A stretch of DNA of 64,000 bases. It comes from a virus (Duplodnaviria > Caudoviricetes). Numbering within the stretch: position 1 is the stretch's first letter; every line of letters starts with the position of its first letter. Location of the stretch: the IMG/VR virus record IMGVR_UViG_3300020183_000042, positions 1 to 64,000 of that record. One strand, 5' to 3'. Positions 9,697-19,518 of the stretch are shown here, one piece after another. The translations under genes were made by a program, and so were the position numbers. Under the pieces are notes generated by a model. It did no database searches. It worked only from the letters and a program-made list of their open reading frames with translations, and was not told the DNA's origin.

Positions 9697-10199
9697 TTGC
9701 TCCCTTCGTTACAAGCCCAAGCAAGAGCCTTAAAACTCTCCACAATTTTTGCTCTTAGATCCTTATCTAGAGGCACATTATCATCTCCAACACCAGCCAC
9801 AATAACAGCTTGTGCCGACTTTGCTAAGTCTGGATATTTACCTTTGATGTCCATTCGCAACATTGGACCAGCAAGACCGTTAGCATATCTAACCTCATCC
9901 GTATTCTTGATGACCATATCTTCACCATCTAATTCTATTAATCTAGCAATATCCATATATAGATTAGCTAATCTTTTACCATCTTGAGATCGTGATGATG
10001 GTCCGCTTTTTAAGGAATCTATTACCGGATCACATGCTTCTCGTAATTTGCTATCTGATGGTGGAGTTACCACAACTATTTCATCCACATTAATTCTACC
10101 ACCACTACCAATATTGCTAAAGTCTGGTTTAACCAGACCCACAAGAATTAAAACTGCTGCTAATACTAATAGTAAAACTTTATTATTCATTATTCTCAC
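9693..10199 (-). CDS. membrane-anchored/exported hypothetical protein
   Basis: N-terminal KVLLLVLAAVLILVGLV. Confidence 0.65.
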   Translation of the reverse strand: MRIMNNKVLLLVLAAVLILVGLVKPDFSNIGSGGRINVDEIVVVTPPSDSKLREACDPVIDSLKSGPSSRSQDGKRLANLYMDIARLIELDGEDMVIKNTDEVRYANGLAGPMLRMDIKGKYPDLAKSAQAVIVAGVGDDNVPLDKDLRAKIVESFKALAWACNEGSK

Positions 10200-10584
10200 C
10201 CTTACAAACTGTTGGACTTAGATATGGAAACATTTGATCGGCCACCTTTACTGCCTCAACGCAACAGCTTTTCACGGCCAGATCGCGCGTTTGCTTCCAA
10301 GATGCTACCAACTGGAAAAACACATCTTCGTTTGTTCTACTATTAGTGGTTACAACTGGAACAACATTAAACGTAGAAGAAGTACCAGATGGAGCAGAAT
10401 TTTTTCTAACACCACTCACTAAACCCTTAGCCTTGTCCACTAATGATAATACTAAATTTTGAACCGGACTTAATTTGTCCTTAAATAGAACCCAAAGGAC
10501 CAAACCCACACCAGCATATAAAGCCAGATCAATTGGCTTGACCGATCTTGAAAATTCTTCGAAACTTTGAGCATAATCTAACAT
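10183..10584 (-). CDS. hypothetical membrane protein
   Basis: TM segment LALYAGVGLVLWVLF. Confidence 0.65.
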   Translation of the reverse strand: MLDYAQSFEEFSRSVKPIDLALYAGVGLVLWVLFKDKLSPVQNLVLSLVDKAKGLVSGVRKNSAPSGTSSTFNVVPVVTTNSRTNEDVFFQLVASWKQTRDLAVKSCCVEAVKVADQMFPYLSPTVCKGENNE

Positions 10585-10967
10585 TATACGTTTCCTTTCT
10601 TTAAGAAAACACCAGTTTGTCTAAAAATTGTTACCATAGCATCTATTGAGGATGATACCATAATCATCAGAATAGATTTGATATACCTATGTATAATAGG
10701 TTCTATGAGATTTGGAACAAGAGGGATATCCACGATTAAAAAAACTTTATCGTAGAAACCGTTAATATATTCTATTGCTAGTTGTTTTTTCTCTGATCCA
10801 CTAAGATTATCCGCAACAGTCTCTATAATCTGAACCGTGCTAGCGGTTACTAATTGTAGAGCTTTCCACGCTTCACTTAGCGCTACGCTTTTTAGGTTGG
10901 TTAACGACTTTTTTAGTTCTTGGTGAAGTTTTTCGGCTTGTTCTAGAACTAGTTCTCGTGGATTCAT
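10584..10967 (-). CDS. hypothetical protein, possibly holin-like
   Basis: LSGSEKKQLA motif is reminiscent of small phage holin-like proteins; overlaps the upstream gene by 95 nt. Confidence 0.5.
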   Translation of the reverse strand: MNPRELVLEQAEKLHQELKKSLTNLKSVALSEAWKALQLVTASTVQIIETVADNLSGSEKKQLAIEYINGFYDKVFLIVDIPLVPNLIEPIIHRYIKSILMIMVSSSIDAMVTIFRQTGVFLKKGNV

Positions 10968-11205
10968 TTTTTTTCTTCTCCTCTTGTGCTATTTTTTTAA
11001 CTTCGTTTCTGCCTCTTATATATCTAGCCAATATCCAAACCTGACCACCAATTAGTATTACACTTTCCACAGCATGAGATACTACTGTGATTAATTCTTC
11101 TTTTTGTTCATTCTCTGTTAAAATACCAGTTAAATATAGTCCGCTAAATATGAAGCTTACTAGCGTAAACCAAAATTCACTTGTTTTATAGCCTGATTTG
11201 ATCAT
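10873..11205 (-). CDS. putative holin-like membrane protein
   Basis: KSGYKTSEFW N-terminus, two TM segments and a highly basic C-terminal tail. Confidence 0.5.
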   Translation of the reverse strand: MIKSGYKTSEFWFTLVSFIFSGLYLTGILTENEQKEELITVVSHAVESVILIGGQVWILARYIRGRNEVKKIAQEEKKKNESTRTSSRTSRKTSPRTKKVVNQPKKRSAK

Positions 11206-11211
11206 AATAAA

Positions 11212-12858
11212 TTAATTTGGCCAAAGAGAATTAAGATCATAACTTGCACTATCAGCAGTACCACCATCATTACTCAACGGACCCATATAATACACATTAG
11301 TTGCGCTACCACCAGTACTATGTTTAGAAAATCCATTAAATATAGCATCACCAGTAATATCTCCGGTATTAATACTCCAATCATCAAAATTAGCACTTCC
11401 ACCTATATTAGAGCTATTTACAGAGCTATCACTAAAAGACGCATCGTTATTAATAGTACCCCCGTTAGCACTCTGACCTTTAAAGAAAGCAAAATCTGAA
11501 CCTATAGTTCCAATATTGATTGCATAATCAGTCATAACCACATAACTACCATTGCTTATACTACAACCAGTGAGGATAAAGCTTCTATGGTGGAATATGG
11601 CTACTGATGAATAGCTTCCAAGAGTTAATGTTGAGTTATTAGCAATGTTTGAATCATCATAGAATTCTACAACACAACCATCAGGAACAGTTAAATTTGC
11701 ATGTAGTTTGGAACTATTAAAGAATTGAATCTTTTTCATAATGCTACTACTAAGAGTTGGCATACTATTAGCTCCAAAACTAACATCATTAAATACTTTA
11801 AGGGTTCCACAATAAATATTACCACTAAAACCATTACCAGTATTTGTACGAAATTCCACGGTAGTATATACATCTCCATTAATTGTGACACTACTGCCAT
11901 TACTTATATCACCATCAGTATTCATTATTAGTGTGCCGCCATACATATTAATATAAGAATTACTAGCAAAATAACTATCAGTATTGAGAGTTAATTTACT
12001 ATTTGGATAATCAGCCTCACTTGCTGAACTATATGAATAAAAGTAATTACTGCTACTACCTTCTATAATGCTGCCCTCATTAAGAGTAACATCATTATAA
12101 AAGTATACATTATCATCAATAATACAGCTATCGGTTAGGGTTACAGGTCCATAAAAGCCATATGGACTTCCAGGGCAATCCATGATTTTTACATTTTCAA
12201 ACAATTCTGTTTTTCCTAAAACCTTTACATATCGTATGGTTGTGGTGCTACTGCTGTTGCCCACAACTCTTAAGTCTCCTAATATTGTTACTGAGTATGA
12301 GCCATTACCATAAATAGGCTGATAATTACTATTTCCACCACTAGAAGTAACAACAACATTTCCTTCTATAGTTACAGATTGACTATTATTATCAATATAA
12401 CTAGTTTCGTGAAAATTCACATCACCATAAATGGTTGTGCTGCTACTAAAATATAGTTTACAATTATCATATAGATCTATTTGTACTCTGGTTCCAGTAC
12501 TACCAATAGTTCCATAACCCGCAAGTTGCCGACCATTTATAAGTATAATATGGCGTACTTCACTAATAGTATAGCCATTAAAACTATTGTTTAGGTCACC
12601 GTTATCAAAAATTATAGTATCAGCAATGAAACTACCACTATTACTACTAATATCACTTAAAATTACAGCAGTATCTTCATCAGTAGGTAAACTATCTGAT
12701 GATAGTGTATGATCTCTATCAACAAACCAATTACCCAAAGTGTTCCAGTCGTTATTAACAGCACTATAAAAATATAGAGTGCGGCCAACGCTCTGACCAT
12801 CACCACCAATGATCCTACCAGATGATTTTACTTCATTCGACCCATAATTAATTGCCAT
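11212..12858 (-). CDS. beta-helix repeat protein, probable tail fibre/spike
   Basis: S/G/N-rich; WNTLGNW motif; repeated G-I-GxAxFxDxSxN units. Confidence 0.6.
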   Translation of the reverse strand: MAINYGSNEVKSSGRIIGGDGQSVGRTLYFYSAVNNDWNTLGNWFVDRDHTLSSDSLPTDEDTAVILSDISSNSGSFIADTIIFDNGDLNNSFNGYTISEVRHIILINGRQLAGYGTIGSTGTRVQIDLYDNCKLYFSSSTTIYGDVNFHETSYIDNNSQSVTIEGNVVVTSSGGNSNYQPIYGNGSYSVTILGDLRVVGNSSSTTTIRYVKVLGKTELFENVKIMDCPGSPYGFYGPVTLTDSCIIDDNVYFYNDVTLNEGSIIEGSSSNYFYSYSSASEADYPNSKLTLNTDSYFASNSYINMYGGTLIMNTDGDISNGSSVTINGDVYTTVEFRTNTGNGFSGNIYCGTLKVFNDVSFGANSMPTLSSSIMKKIQFFNSSKLHANLTVPDGCVVEFYDDSNIANNSTLTLGSYSSVAIFHHRSFILTGCSISNGSYVVMTDYAINIGTIGSDFAFFKGQSANGGTINNDASFSDSSVNSSNIGGSANFDDWSINTGDITGDAIFNGFSKHSTGGSATNVYYMGPLSNDGGTADSASYDLNSLWPN

Positions 12859-12862
12859 ATTT

Positions 12863-13213
12863 TCAGCCCTCTGGAGTTGGTTCTGGAACGATTATGCTTA
12901 CGGTTCCATCATCATTCATTGTGAAATTTCCCACAACGCTAGATCCGATAGCTATACTTTGTGGTTTAACACTAGCTAATAATGCGCCCAATTTAGCATG
13001 AAGTTCAAAAACTTCTTTAGCATCACTTCCTAGTGCTTCGGCTATTTCGCTAGGTGATGCGGCGCCGTTTTGCCAAAAGGTTTTGGCCCCATCATTAAAA
13101 GCCTTAACCATATTTTGAAATGTAACCCTGGTTTGTCGTTTGATTCTCTCAGCAACTATATTTGCTGGTGGAACAGGATTGGGAACATTGTTGTTGTCTA
13201 GAACGCTCATCAT
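12863..13213 (-). CDS. hypothetical protein (fibre-associated)
   Basis: 116-aa ORF with GGAG RBS, between two fibre-like genes. Confidence 0.6.
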   Translation of the reverse strand: MMSVLDNNNVPNPVPPANIVAERIKRQTRVTFQNMVKAFNDGAKTFWQNGAASPSEIAEALGSDAKEVFELHAKLGALLASVKPQSIAIGSSVVGNFTMNDDGTVSIIVPEPTPEG

Positions 13214-13252
13214 ATCTCCTTTATTATTTAATACTTAATTAATTTGTTTCAA

Positions 13253-14980
13253 TTATGTAAAAGATAAAGACTGGACTCTTGAAATTTGTACGCTTGCTAC
13301 CCAGTATACAGTGCCACTAACACCACTAGAACCTTGATTAATCTGAATAACTAAACCACTACTACTAGTACTAATTTGAGCATCTGCTGTTGCAAAATTA
13401 CTATCTAAAAATGATTCTATAACTGGACTACCAACTAATGATACTATGCTGGAATATTTTTTTACACATCCACGAATAACGAATCCGGCACTATCACCAC
13501 TGTCAGGTTCTCGTCCGCTAATATGAATAGAAAATGTTGCTGTTGTATCGTCTATTGTTATAGTATCATCACTATTAGTAGGATAATTTAAATATAAACT
13601 ATTCGATCCATTACTACTAGTAGTACCCATTAGAACATATGATGAAAATCTAGCATCTCCATTAAGACTAAATTTACCATTAGCAAAACTCAATTCTTGA
13701 GGATCGCTAGCACTATTTTGTTTTCCTAAAATTATTTGACCGGTTCCATTTGGAGAGATAGTAATATCATTATTAGCACCATCCTCAATTGTTATACTTC
13801 CACTATTCGTTCCACTATTAGTATTAAGTATAAGATCTCCAGTTCCGTTTGTTGTGATAGTAGTGTTACTATTACTATCACCAACTCTTAAAGTATCCGC
13901 ATCAACTTGCACATCGCCAGTACCATTTGGGGCTAATATTAGATTACCATTGACGTTGGTGCTACTAATAGTATTATCATCAAGTTTAAGATTATCGATA
14001 GTAATAATTCCACTAACAGCCAGAGTCGTACCGTCAAATGTTGCGTTGCTTTCAGCATTTATGCCGCTACCGGTACCAGTTAATATTCTATTATCAGCAT
14101 TATTACTTATATCTAATCCAGATGGTGAGGCTATGTTAACATTATTAATGTATAGTTTACCATCATGAGTAAATCTAAATGAATTATCATATATTGCTGG
14201 TCCACCAGTAGATGTATTAACAATAAAATCTGATCCTAGATAATGCGTACCACTAACAGATGCTTGGCCTAAAATCCTTATCGTTCTATTATCCAATAGT
14301 CCACTAGGAGTTAATGTTCCATGAGGATTATAAGCATCTCCTCTAATATTAAATATTGTATCACCAACTTGAGATCCAGAAGGTGACGCTTGAGTTCCTC
14401 TAGCATTAAACATTATAATTCTGCTAGTGTGACGAAGTATTTGATCGCCTTGTTCTTCAAGAGTAAAGTCTTCACTATATGAATTTACACGCAACATTGG
14501 GCTGGTCTGATCGCCAACAAGAATTAATCCAGCGTTTCCAACTGGACAATCACAATCTATAACTAATCTATTAGGAGTATCATTATATGTTAAGCCATTA
14601 GATGGCTCTAGTTTACCAGTGCCACTATTATATACTAAAAATTCATCATTGCCTAAACCACTAATATCTATATCAGATATTGATGATAGTGGTATTCCAG
14701 TAGTACTAATTGTTAGAGTATCAGCATCATCATTGTAATATATATTTATACCAGTTCCAGCAACCATAAATCCCGACTCACCTATTAAGTCCTCAATTTC
14801 TTCTGGATCAATTGATACTCCATCATTAAAATAAGGTAAACTATTCCATGGAGTTGTACCATCACCTAATTTAAGTTTATTGGTATCAGTCTCAAATCCC
14901 GGCTCACCTAAAAATAATACTGGATTTCTTGTCGACCAATTAGAGGAGGTATCTCTGCGAAGTTGAATTTTTACTGGCAT
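13253..14980 (-). CDS. tail fibre-like protein with Mtd/hyaluronidase-type N-terminal domain
   Basis: IQLRRDTSSNW...GEPGFETDTNKLKLGDG; internal LxPNGTG repeats. Confidence 0.75.
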   Translation of the reverse strand: MPVKIQLRRDTSSNWSTRNPVLFLGEPGFETDTNKLKLGDGTTPWNSLPYFNDGVSIDPEEIEDLIGESGFMVAGTGINIYYNDDADTLTISTTGIPLSSISDIDISGLGNDEFLVYNSGTGKLEPSNGLTYNDTPNRLVIDCDCPVGNAGLILVGDQTSPMLRVNSYSEDFTLEEQGDQILRHTSRIIMFNARGTQASPSGSQVGDTIFNIRGDAYNPHGTLTPSGLLDNRTIRILGQASVSGTHYLGSDFIVNTSTGGPAIYDNSFRFTHDGKLYINNVNIASPSGLDISNNADNRILTGTGSGINAESNATFDGTTLAVSGIITIDNLKLDDNTISSTNVNGNLILAPNGTGDVQVDADTLRVGDSNSNTTITTNGTGDLILNTNSGTNSGSITIEDGANNDITISPNGTGQIILGKQNSASDPQELSFANGKFSLNGDARFSSYVLMGTTSSNGSNSLYLNYPTNSDDTITIDDTTATFSIHISGREPDSGDSAGFVIRGCVKKYSSIVSLVGSPVIESFLDSNFATADAQISTSSSGLVIQINQGSSGVSGTVYWVASVQISRVQSLSFT

Positions 14981-14997
14981 ATTAGTGTTTCCTTTAA

Positions 14998-15225
14998 TTA
15001 AGCATTACCGCCATTTACACTATTAATAAAGATACCATTATAAAAACGGTATCCATACTTATCATCAATATCAGATAATATAGGAGTATTTAGCACATAA
15101 CGATCATAAACAATGGTGCCAGCATCCGGAAAACCGGTTCTAGCACAAGTTACAACCATTGTACCGTTTTTAATATTGTTAGCCGAAATTGCTTTGGTAA
15201 TATCTGTAAATGGTCTAGTAGCCAT
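14998..15225 (-). CDS. hypothetical protein
   Basis: GGAG RBS; 75 aa. Confidence 0.6.
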   Translation of the reverse strand: MATRPFTDITKAISANNIKNGTMVVTCARTGFPDAGTIVYDRYVLNTPILSDIDDKYGYRFYNGIFINSVNGGNA

Positions 15226-15278
15226 AAATGTCTCCGGTATAAGAATGTGTTAATATTTAATTTGATACACCACTATTA

Positions 15279-15596
15279 TTACTTATCTATACGTTCCTCA
15301 AGAGCTTCCAGGGTTTTACCCAGTGTGGCTATTTGAATTTTTAATTCTGTCATTACTTCTGTGTTTCGTTGCAAAGCACTAGCAAATGCCGCTTGAGTTT
15401 CTTTATTAGTAGCTAATCTTTCCATAATAAATTGACGATCTTGATTATATGGACTCTGTGTTTCTATCATATGAGCAACTTCCGTTTTAGTTGCCATATT
15501 GCGACCTATTGTTACCCAAAAACCAATCATTGTTACAATGATACCAATACTGGTTGTGGCAATATTTTCCCAAAAATGAATTATGGTTTCGCTCAT
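15279..15596 (-). CDS. membrane protein with coiled-coil tail
   Basis: Start trimmed to MSET (GGGAG RBS); one TM segment, then a heptad-like C-terminus. Confidence 0.65.
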   Translation of the reverse strand: MSETIIHFWENIATTSIGIIVTMIGFWVTIGRNMATKTEVAHMIETQSPYNQDRQFIMERLATNKETQAAFASALQRNTEVMTELKIQIATLGKTLEALEERIDK

Positions 15597-15609
15597 AGTT
15601 ATCTCCCAT

Positions 15610-15642
15610 AAAAAAAACCACCGCACCTTGCGGCACGATGGC
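15610..15642 (-). terminator. rho-independent terminator
   Basis: GCCATCGTGCC-GCAA-GGTGCGGTGGT stem with GNRA loop, followed by a U-tract. Confidence 0.8.
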
Positions 15643-15670
15643 TTATTGGTAATCGAAAACCTTTCAGATA

Positions 15671-16276
15671 TCAATAATTGGTTTTGGCTTTGTAGTTATC
15701 ATTATAAGGAACTGTTGATCCTCTCATATATGTTAGTTCGCCAGGAACAGTTTGACTAGGATTAGCAGCATCATCACTAGTACCATCCGCAGGCGGGCCG
15801 GTGCGGCTGAGGGCCCAAGGAATTATAGTTTGAGAAGCAGGGTATCCTGCGTCAAATTTTCCGGTATAACGATTGTATTTGTTTTCTCTTATTGCTTTGG
15901 TAAATAATACAGATTTTTGATTTTCTGCTCTATTGATACTACGAATAACATCCTTGTCATTACCCGGAGTTTTAATAGCATTATCTGAAACACCGGCTAA
16001 TACATCTGTAATTAAACTACTAATCGGTTTTACATTGTTGTAAGCAAATGTGCCAGCAGAAACAGCTTTACCAGCATAATCTTTTTGTGTAACACTATCT
16101 TCGACAACCTTGGAACCAAAAGCGTCAACAGTAGGTACAACTGTTTTTACACTCTCCATTTTATTGGATGTGATCGTACCGTTGGCTTTCATTGTACCAT
16201 CATTATTGTCTGCTTCAACAATATAACCATAGGGAGAAACCGTTGTTGCACTACCATTAATTTGAGCTGTGGCCAT
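15671..16276 (-). CDS. probable abundant virion protein
   Basis: A/T/S/G-rich; has its own RBS, an upstream GGTGTAT motif and a downstream terminator. Confidence 0.55.
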   Translation of the reverse strand: MATAQINGSATTVSPYGYIVEADNNDGTMKANGTITSNKMESVKTVVPTVDAFGSKVVEDSVTQKDYAGKAVSAGTFAYNNVKPISSLITDVLAGVSDNAIKTPGNDKDVIRSINRAENQKSVLFTKAIRENKYNRYTGKFDAGYPASQTIIPWALSRTGPPADGTSDDAANPSQTVPGELTYMRGSTVPYNDNYKAKTNY

Positions 16277-16329
16277 ATTTAACTCCATATATATTGGATA
16301 GATGTCTTATAAGACAAATACACCATATT

Positions 16330-16989
16330 TTATTTATGGGTCAGATTAAATTTTATGAAATTCTTTAGACTATTTAGTGAGTTGGTTCTAAAGCCAGATA
16401 GGCCAGATTTAGATAGTGTTGCAAAATGCTTCTCTAACCACATATTACCAGTACATAATATTTGAAGATTCTTCGAATTTTCATGCAAAAAGATAGATGC
16501 TAAGATATTATCGGCTAAATTATCTATAAAATATCCAGTAGATGGAAAAACCTGAATAACATTATTACTTTCTAATATTTCGCAAATTTTTTTTAAACAA
16601 TGGTGGTCGAACATGCGATATTCCAAAACATATCTAGCTTTGATACCCAAAGAACCACACAGCTCCGTACAACTTTTAACATCATCACGAATTTTATCAT
16701 ATTTTCGATTGGAAGCTAAATTTTGAGGCATAGAGATATCAACAATATTGGCTCCTGCTTTGTGAGATTGTTGTATAGCACATAAACGGGTTTTTAAATC
16801 AGAAATTCCCAGGGGATAATCTATTGAACAAGACAATTCTATATTTTCTGATAGACTAGCTTTAGTTGTTTTCACCAGATAATAGGGAACTGTTATGCTA
16901 TGAATATTGTATACACATAGTTCTTTAACCATATCTCTGGCTAAAGCGTCACTGGTTTCAGTATCTGTGATTGCAAAATCTATAAACAT
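16330..16989 (-). CDS. DeoC (deoxyribose-phosphate aldolase)-like protein, catalytically degenerate
   Basis: IDYPLG, GANIVD and PSTG (normally KTSTG). Confidence 0.7.
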   Translation of the reverse strand: MFIDFAITDTETSDALARDMVKELCVYNIHSITVPYYLVKTTKASLSENIELSCSIDYPLGISDLKTRLCAIQQSHKAGANIVDISMPQNLASNRKYDKIRDDVKSCTELCGSLGIKARYVLEYRMFDHHCLKKICEILESNNVIQVFPSTGYFIDNLADNILASIFLHENSKNLQILCTGNMWLEKHFATLSKSGLSGFRTNSLNSLKNFIKFNLTHK

Positions 16990-16990
16990 T

Positions 16991-17674
16991 TTATTTTTTC
17001 ATCAAGTTTTTGATATAGTCTATGTTTGGATATTTTTTACTACCTAAAATACCATCTGCAAAACCATAATCAACAGCTTCTTCTGCTGTAAGAATCCAAT
17101 CTCGTTTTGTCCCCAATTGAGTAACAATGTGTTTTCTAACCATTAATCTTTTCCAATTTTTTTCTTTACAAATCTTACTATTCATACACTTTTCTGTGAA
17201 TATATCAATCATCTTCTCGCTTTCTTTTTCGCTCCATTGAACCATGCTCAAGGCCGCTTTGTGTTCATTATCCACACTAATAGAACCATAATGAATAAGA
17301 AAATTAGTATTAGGAGTAAGTATCCTAAGATGGGCAGCCTGTAGTAATACGGTGCTACTAGATTCTACTTTAGCATTAGCAACAATTATAATTTTGCTTT
17401 TACTACTTTTGATAGTATCATATATACCTAAACAATCTTGCCAATCACCTCCCGGCATATGCATGTGAACTAATATTGGTTCTAAAGAAAGTAGATTCAG
17501 ATATCTTATATTTTTTTGAAATACTATTGCTGATCTATAATCCACACCAGATTCATTATCATCAGAAAAATAAGAATGTAAATATATTTCTCTATTTTCT
17601 ATATCAATATTATATGAATGTATATCGTTAAGCGAATTATTATTAGTATCTATTTTAGATTTATGACTCGTCAT
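16991..17674 (-). CDS. clpP: ClpP-family protease
   Basis: MPGG, VESSST (Ser), FLIHYG (His), RDWILTAEEAVDYGFADGI (Asp). Confidence 0.8.
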   Translation of the reverse strand: MTSHKSKIDTNNNSLNDIHSYNIDIENREIYLHSYFSDDNESGVDYRSAIVFQKNIRYLNLLSLEPILVHMHMPGGDWQDCLGIYDTIKSSKSKIIIVANAKVESSSTVLLQAAHLRILTPNTNFLIHYGSISVDNEHKAALSMVQWSEKESEKMIDIFTEKCMNSKICKEKNWKRLMVRKHIVTQLGTKRDWILTAEEAVDYGFADGILGSKKYPNIDYIKNLMKK

Positions 17675-18092
17675 ATATTGACTTTATCTGTTCGTAAACT
17701 ATATCGTTAATATTTTTCATCACTTCAGAATCATTAAAGCATTTTCCTATAGCTATTCTAAAACGATATCTCGTGAAAATGTCTAGTATCTCGATTCCTT
17801 CTATGTTCTCTAGTATGTTCTTGATTTTTTTTGATATGTTGAAATTACTGTGCCCTAACCAGAAATTAAAAATTTTACTCGATGCGGTATACTCATTATA
17901 GGGAATTAAACCCATAGGAGAAGCGATAACTCTAATAGGAGACGATGTTTTAATTTTAGGTTGATCATCATCTTCTTCAACTTCTGTTTCTCCTATACTA
18001 TTGTTATAGTCAGTCCATTTAGCTTCATCAGTGTCTCCACCAAACGGATCATTCCATTTTTCCCATATAATTAATGGCTTAATATTAATCAT
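17661..18092 (-). CDS. hypothetical phage protein
   Basis: 143 aa, coupled ORF. Confidence 0.65.
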   Translation of the reverse strand: MINIKPLIIWEKWNDPFGGDTDEAKWTDYNNSIGETEVEEDDDQPKIKTSSPIRVIASPMGLIPYNEYTASSKIFNFWLGHSNFNISKKIKNILENIEGIEILDIFTRYRFRIAIGKCFNDSEVMKNINDIVYEQIKSIYDES

Positions 18093-18463
18093 TATTTACC
18101 AGAAAAACTACTAGGTTTAATAAGAGGGGGATTCGTTGATTGCTTTTCTTCTTTAAGTTGTTCTATAGCTTTGATATTGTTAGATAAATGTAATGAGAGA
18201 CTGATACAGAACTTTCTGTAGTTTTCTCCTCTTTGAGATAATTCATAAATAAGATCCATTATATCAGTATAATATATGCCACAATTTAAACATACCATAG
18301 CTTTAGCAAATCGCTCCGCTGCTTCATCTGAGGTATCGTTAATATCTATACGAACTTTGGGTGTGTCACATTCTTTTTCTAAGATCAGATCAAACGAATT
18401 GTTGCTATTGGTCTGATTTGATGGTGGCTGTGTTTCAAATATTTTTTTAAAGAGATTTTTCAT
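18092..18463 (-). CDS. hypothetical protein
   Basis: 123 aa, coupled ORF. Confidence 0.6.
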   Translation of the reverse strand: MKNLFKKIFETQPPSNQTNSNNSFDLILEKECDTPKVRIDINDTSDEAAERFAKAMVCLNCGIYYTDIMDLIYELSQRGENYRKFCISLSLHLSNNIKAIEQLKEEKQSTNPPLIKPSSFSGK

Positions 18464-18837
18464 TGTAGTTTTTGTATAGTCTCATATATCGTTGTATAAT
18501 AATCTGAATCTCCTATAGAGTCTATAGAAATCCAATAAGAATTGTTGATGTTATTAGTATATTCTACAAAAAACCCGTATATTAAATCCACAGTATCTCG
18601 TTTGTTAGTAATTTGTTTAAAGTCTAATAATTGGGGAATGAGATATATAGGATTAAGTACTATAAAATTCTTTAAAAAGGACACTATATATTCTGGAGTA
18701 TCAAAATAATCTTGTGTTAGAATAAATTTTGGAAACACTATTTGATTTTTATCTAATGATAATATGTGCGATTGACCACTTTGATTTTTATCAAAAGATA
18801 TAATTATACAGTTAATGTGGATAAGAAAATTACTCAT
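18460..18837 (-). CDS. hypothetical protein (possible degenerate Nudix fold)
   Basis: 125 aa, coupled ORF. Confidence 0.55.
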   Translation of the reverse strand: MSNFLIHINCIIISFDKNQSGQSHILSLDKNQIVFPKFILTQDYFDTPEYIVSFLKNFIVLNPIYLIPQLLDFKQITNKRDTVDLIYGFFVEYTNNINNSYWISIDSIGDSDYYTTIYETIQKLQ

Positions 18838-19489
18838 TATTGATTGTACTCTTGATTATTTCTATGGCTTTATTTAAGCCTTGTCTAACAGCTTCTCTAG
18901 TTATACCATATTTTTTCCCTATCTTTTCAAAAGTATATGATTCAAAGTAGTATAGTCTGATATAGTCTTTTTGTCTATCTGTCAGATAGTCTGTTGATAA
19001 TAATTTATTTATTAGGTTTTTAAGATCTTCCGAATTTTCGTTCTTTATTGTTTCTTGCTCTGGATCCATACCTCTATAGTCTTGTACCAAATCATATACA
19101 GATAAACCATCATGATCGTCTGACACAAAATCTAGAGAATAGGTTTTAAGTTTTTTCTTATTGAGCTGTTTATTTTTTGTTACCAAGGTTTGAATAGCCC
19201 ACAAAGCGCACTGATTGCGATACGAATATTTGGTTTTTTTTGTTCCTTTCTCGTTTTGATAATTATCATCCCAGCGCCAGTCTGCCATCATAATAGCGTT
19301 GGCTACACAAGCAGTAGCGTCCTCATCTTTAAGCATTTTTGTTGCTAGACCATTATAAAATTGATTAGCAAATTTTGAAATAGCTTTTTTTGCTAGTAGT
19401 AAATAGGTTTCTAGACTATCAAACTCAATCGAATTATGATCCTTGTAGGCAATCTTATGATTACCTACTCCATGTATTTGTAATACCAT
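18830..19489 (-). CDS. phage sigma-70-family RNA polymerase sigma factor
   Basis: Region-4 HTH LTDRQKDYIRLYY...TFEKIGKKYGITREAVRQ; region-2-like ADWRWD...TKYSY...WAI; YSLD. Confidence 0.8.
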   Translation of the reverse strand: MVLQIHGVGNHKIAYKDHNSIEFDSLETYLLLAKKAISKFANQFYNGLATKMLKDEDATACVANAIMMADWRWDDNYQNEKGTKKTKYSYRNQCALWAIQTLVTKNKQLNKKKLKTYSLDFVSDDHDGLSVYDLVQDYRGMDPEQETIKNENSEDLKNLINKLLSTDYLTDRQKDYIRLYYFESYTFEKIGKKYGITREAVRQGLNKAIEIIKSTINNE

Positions 19490-19518
19490 ATGTCCTCTAT
19501 AATAGGTCCTAAAAATAA

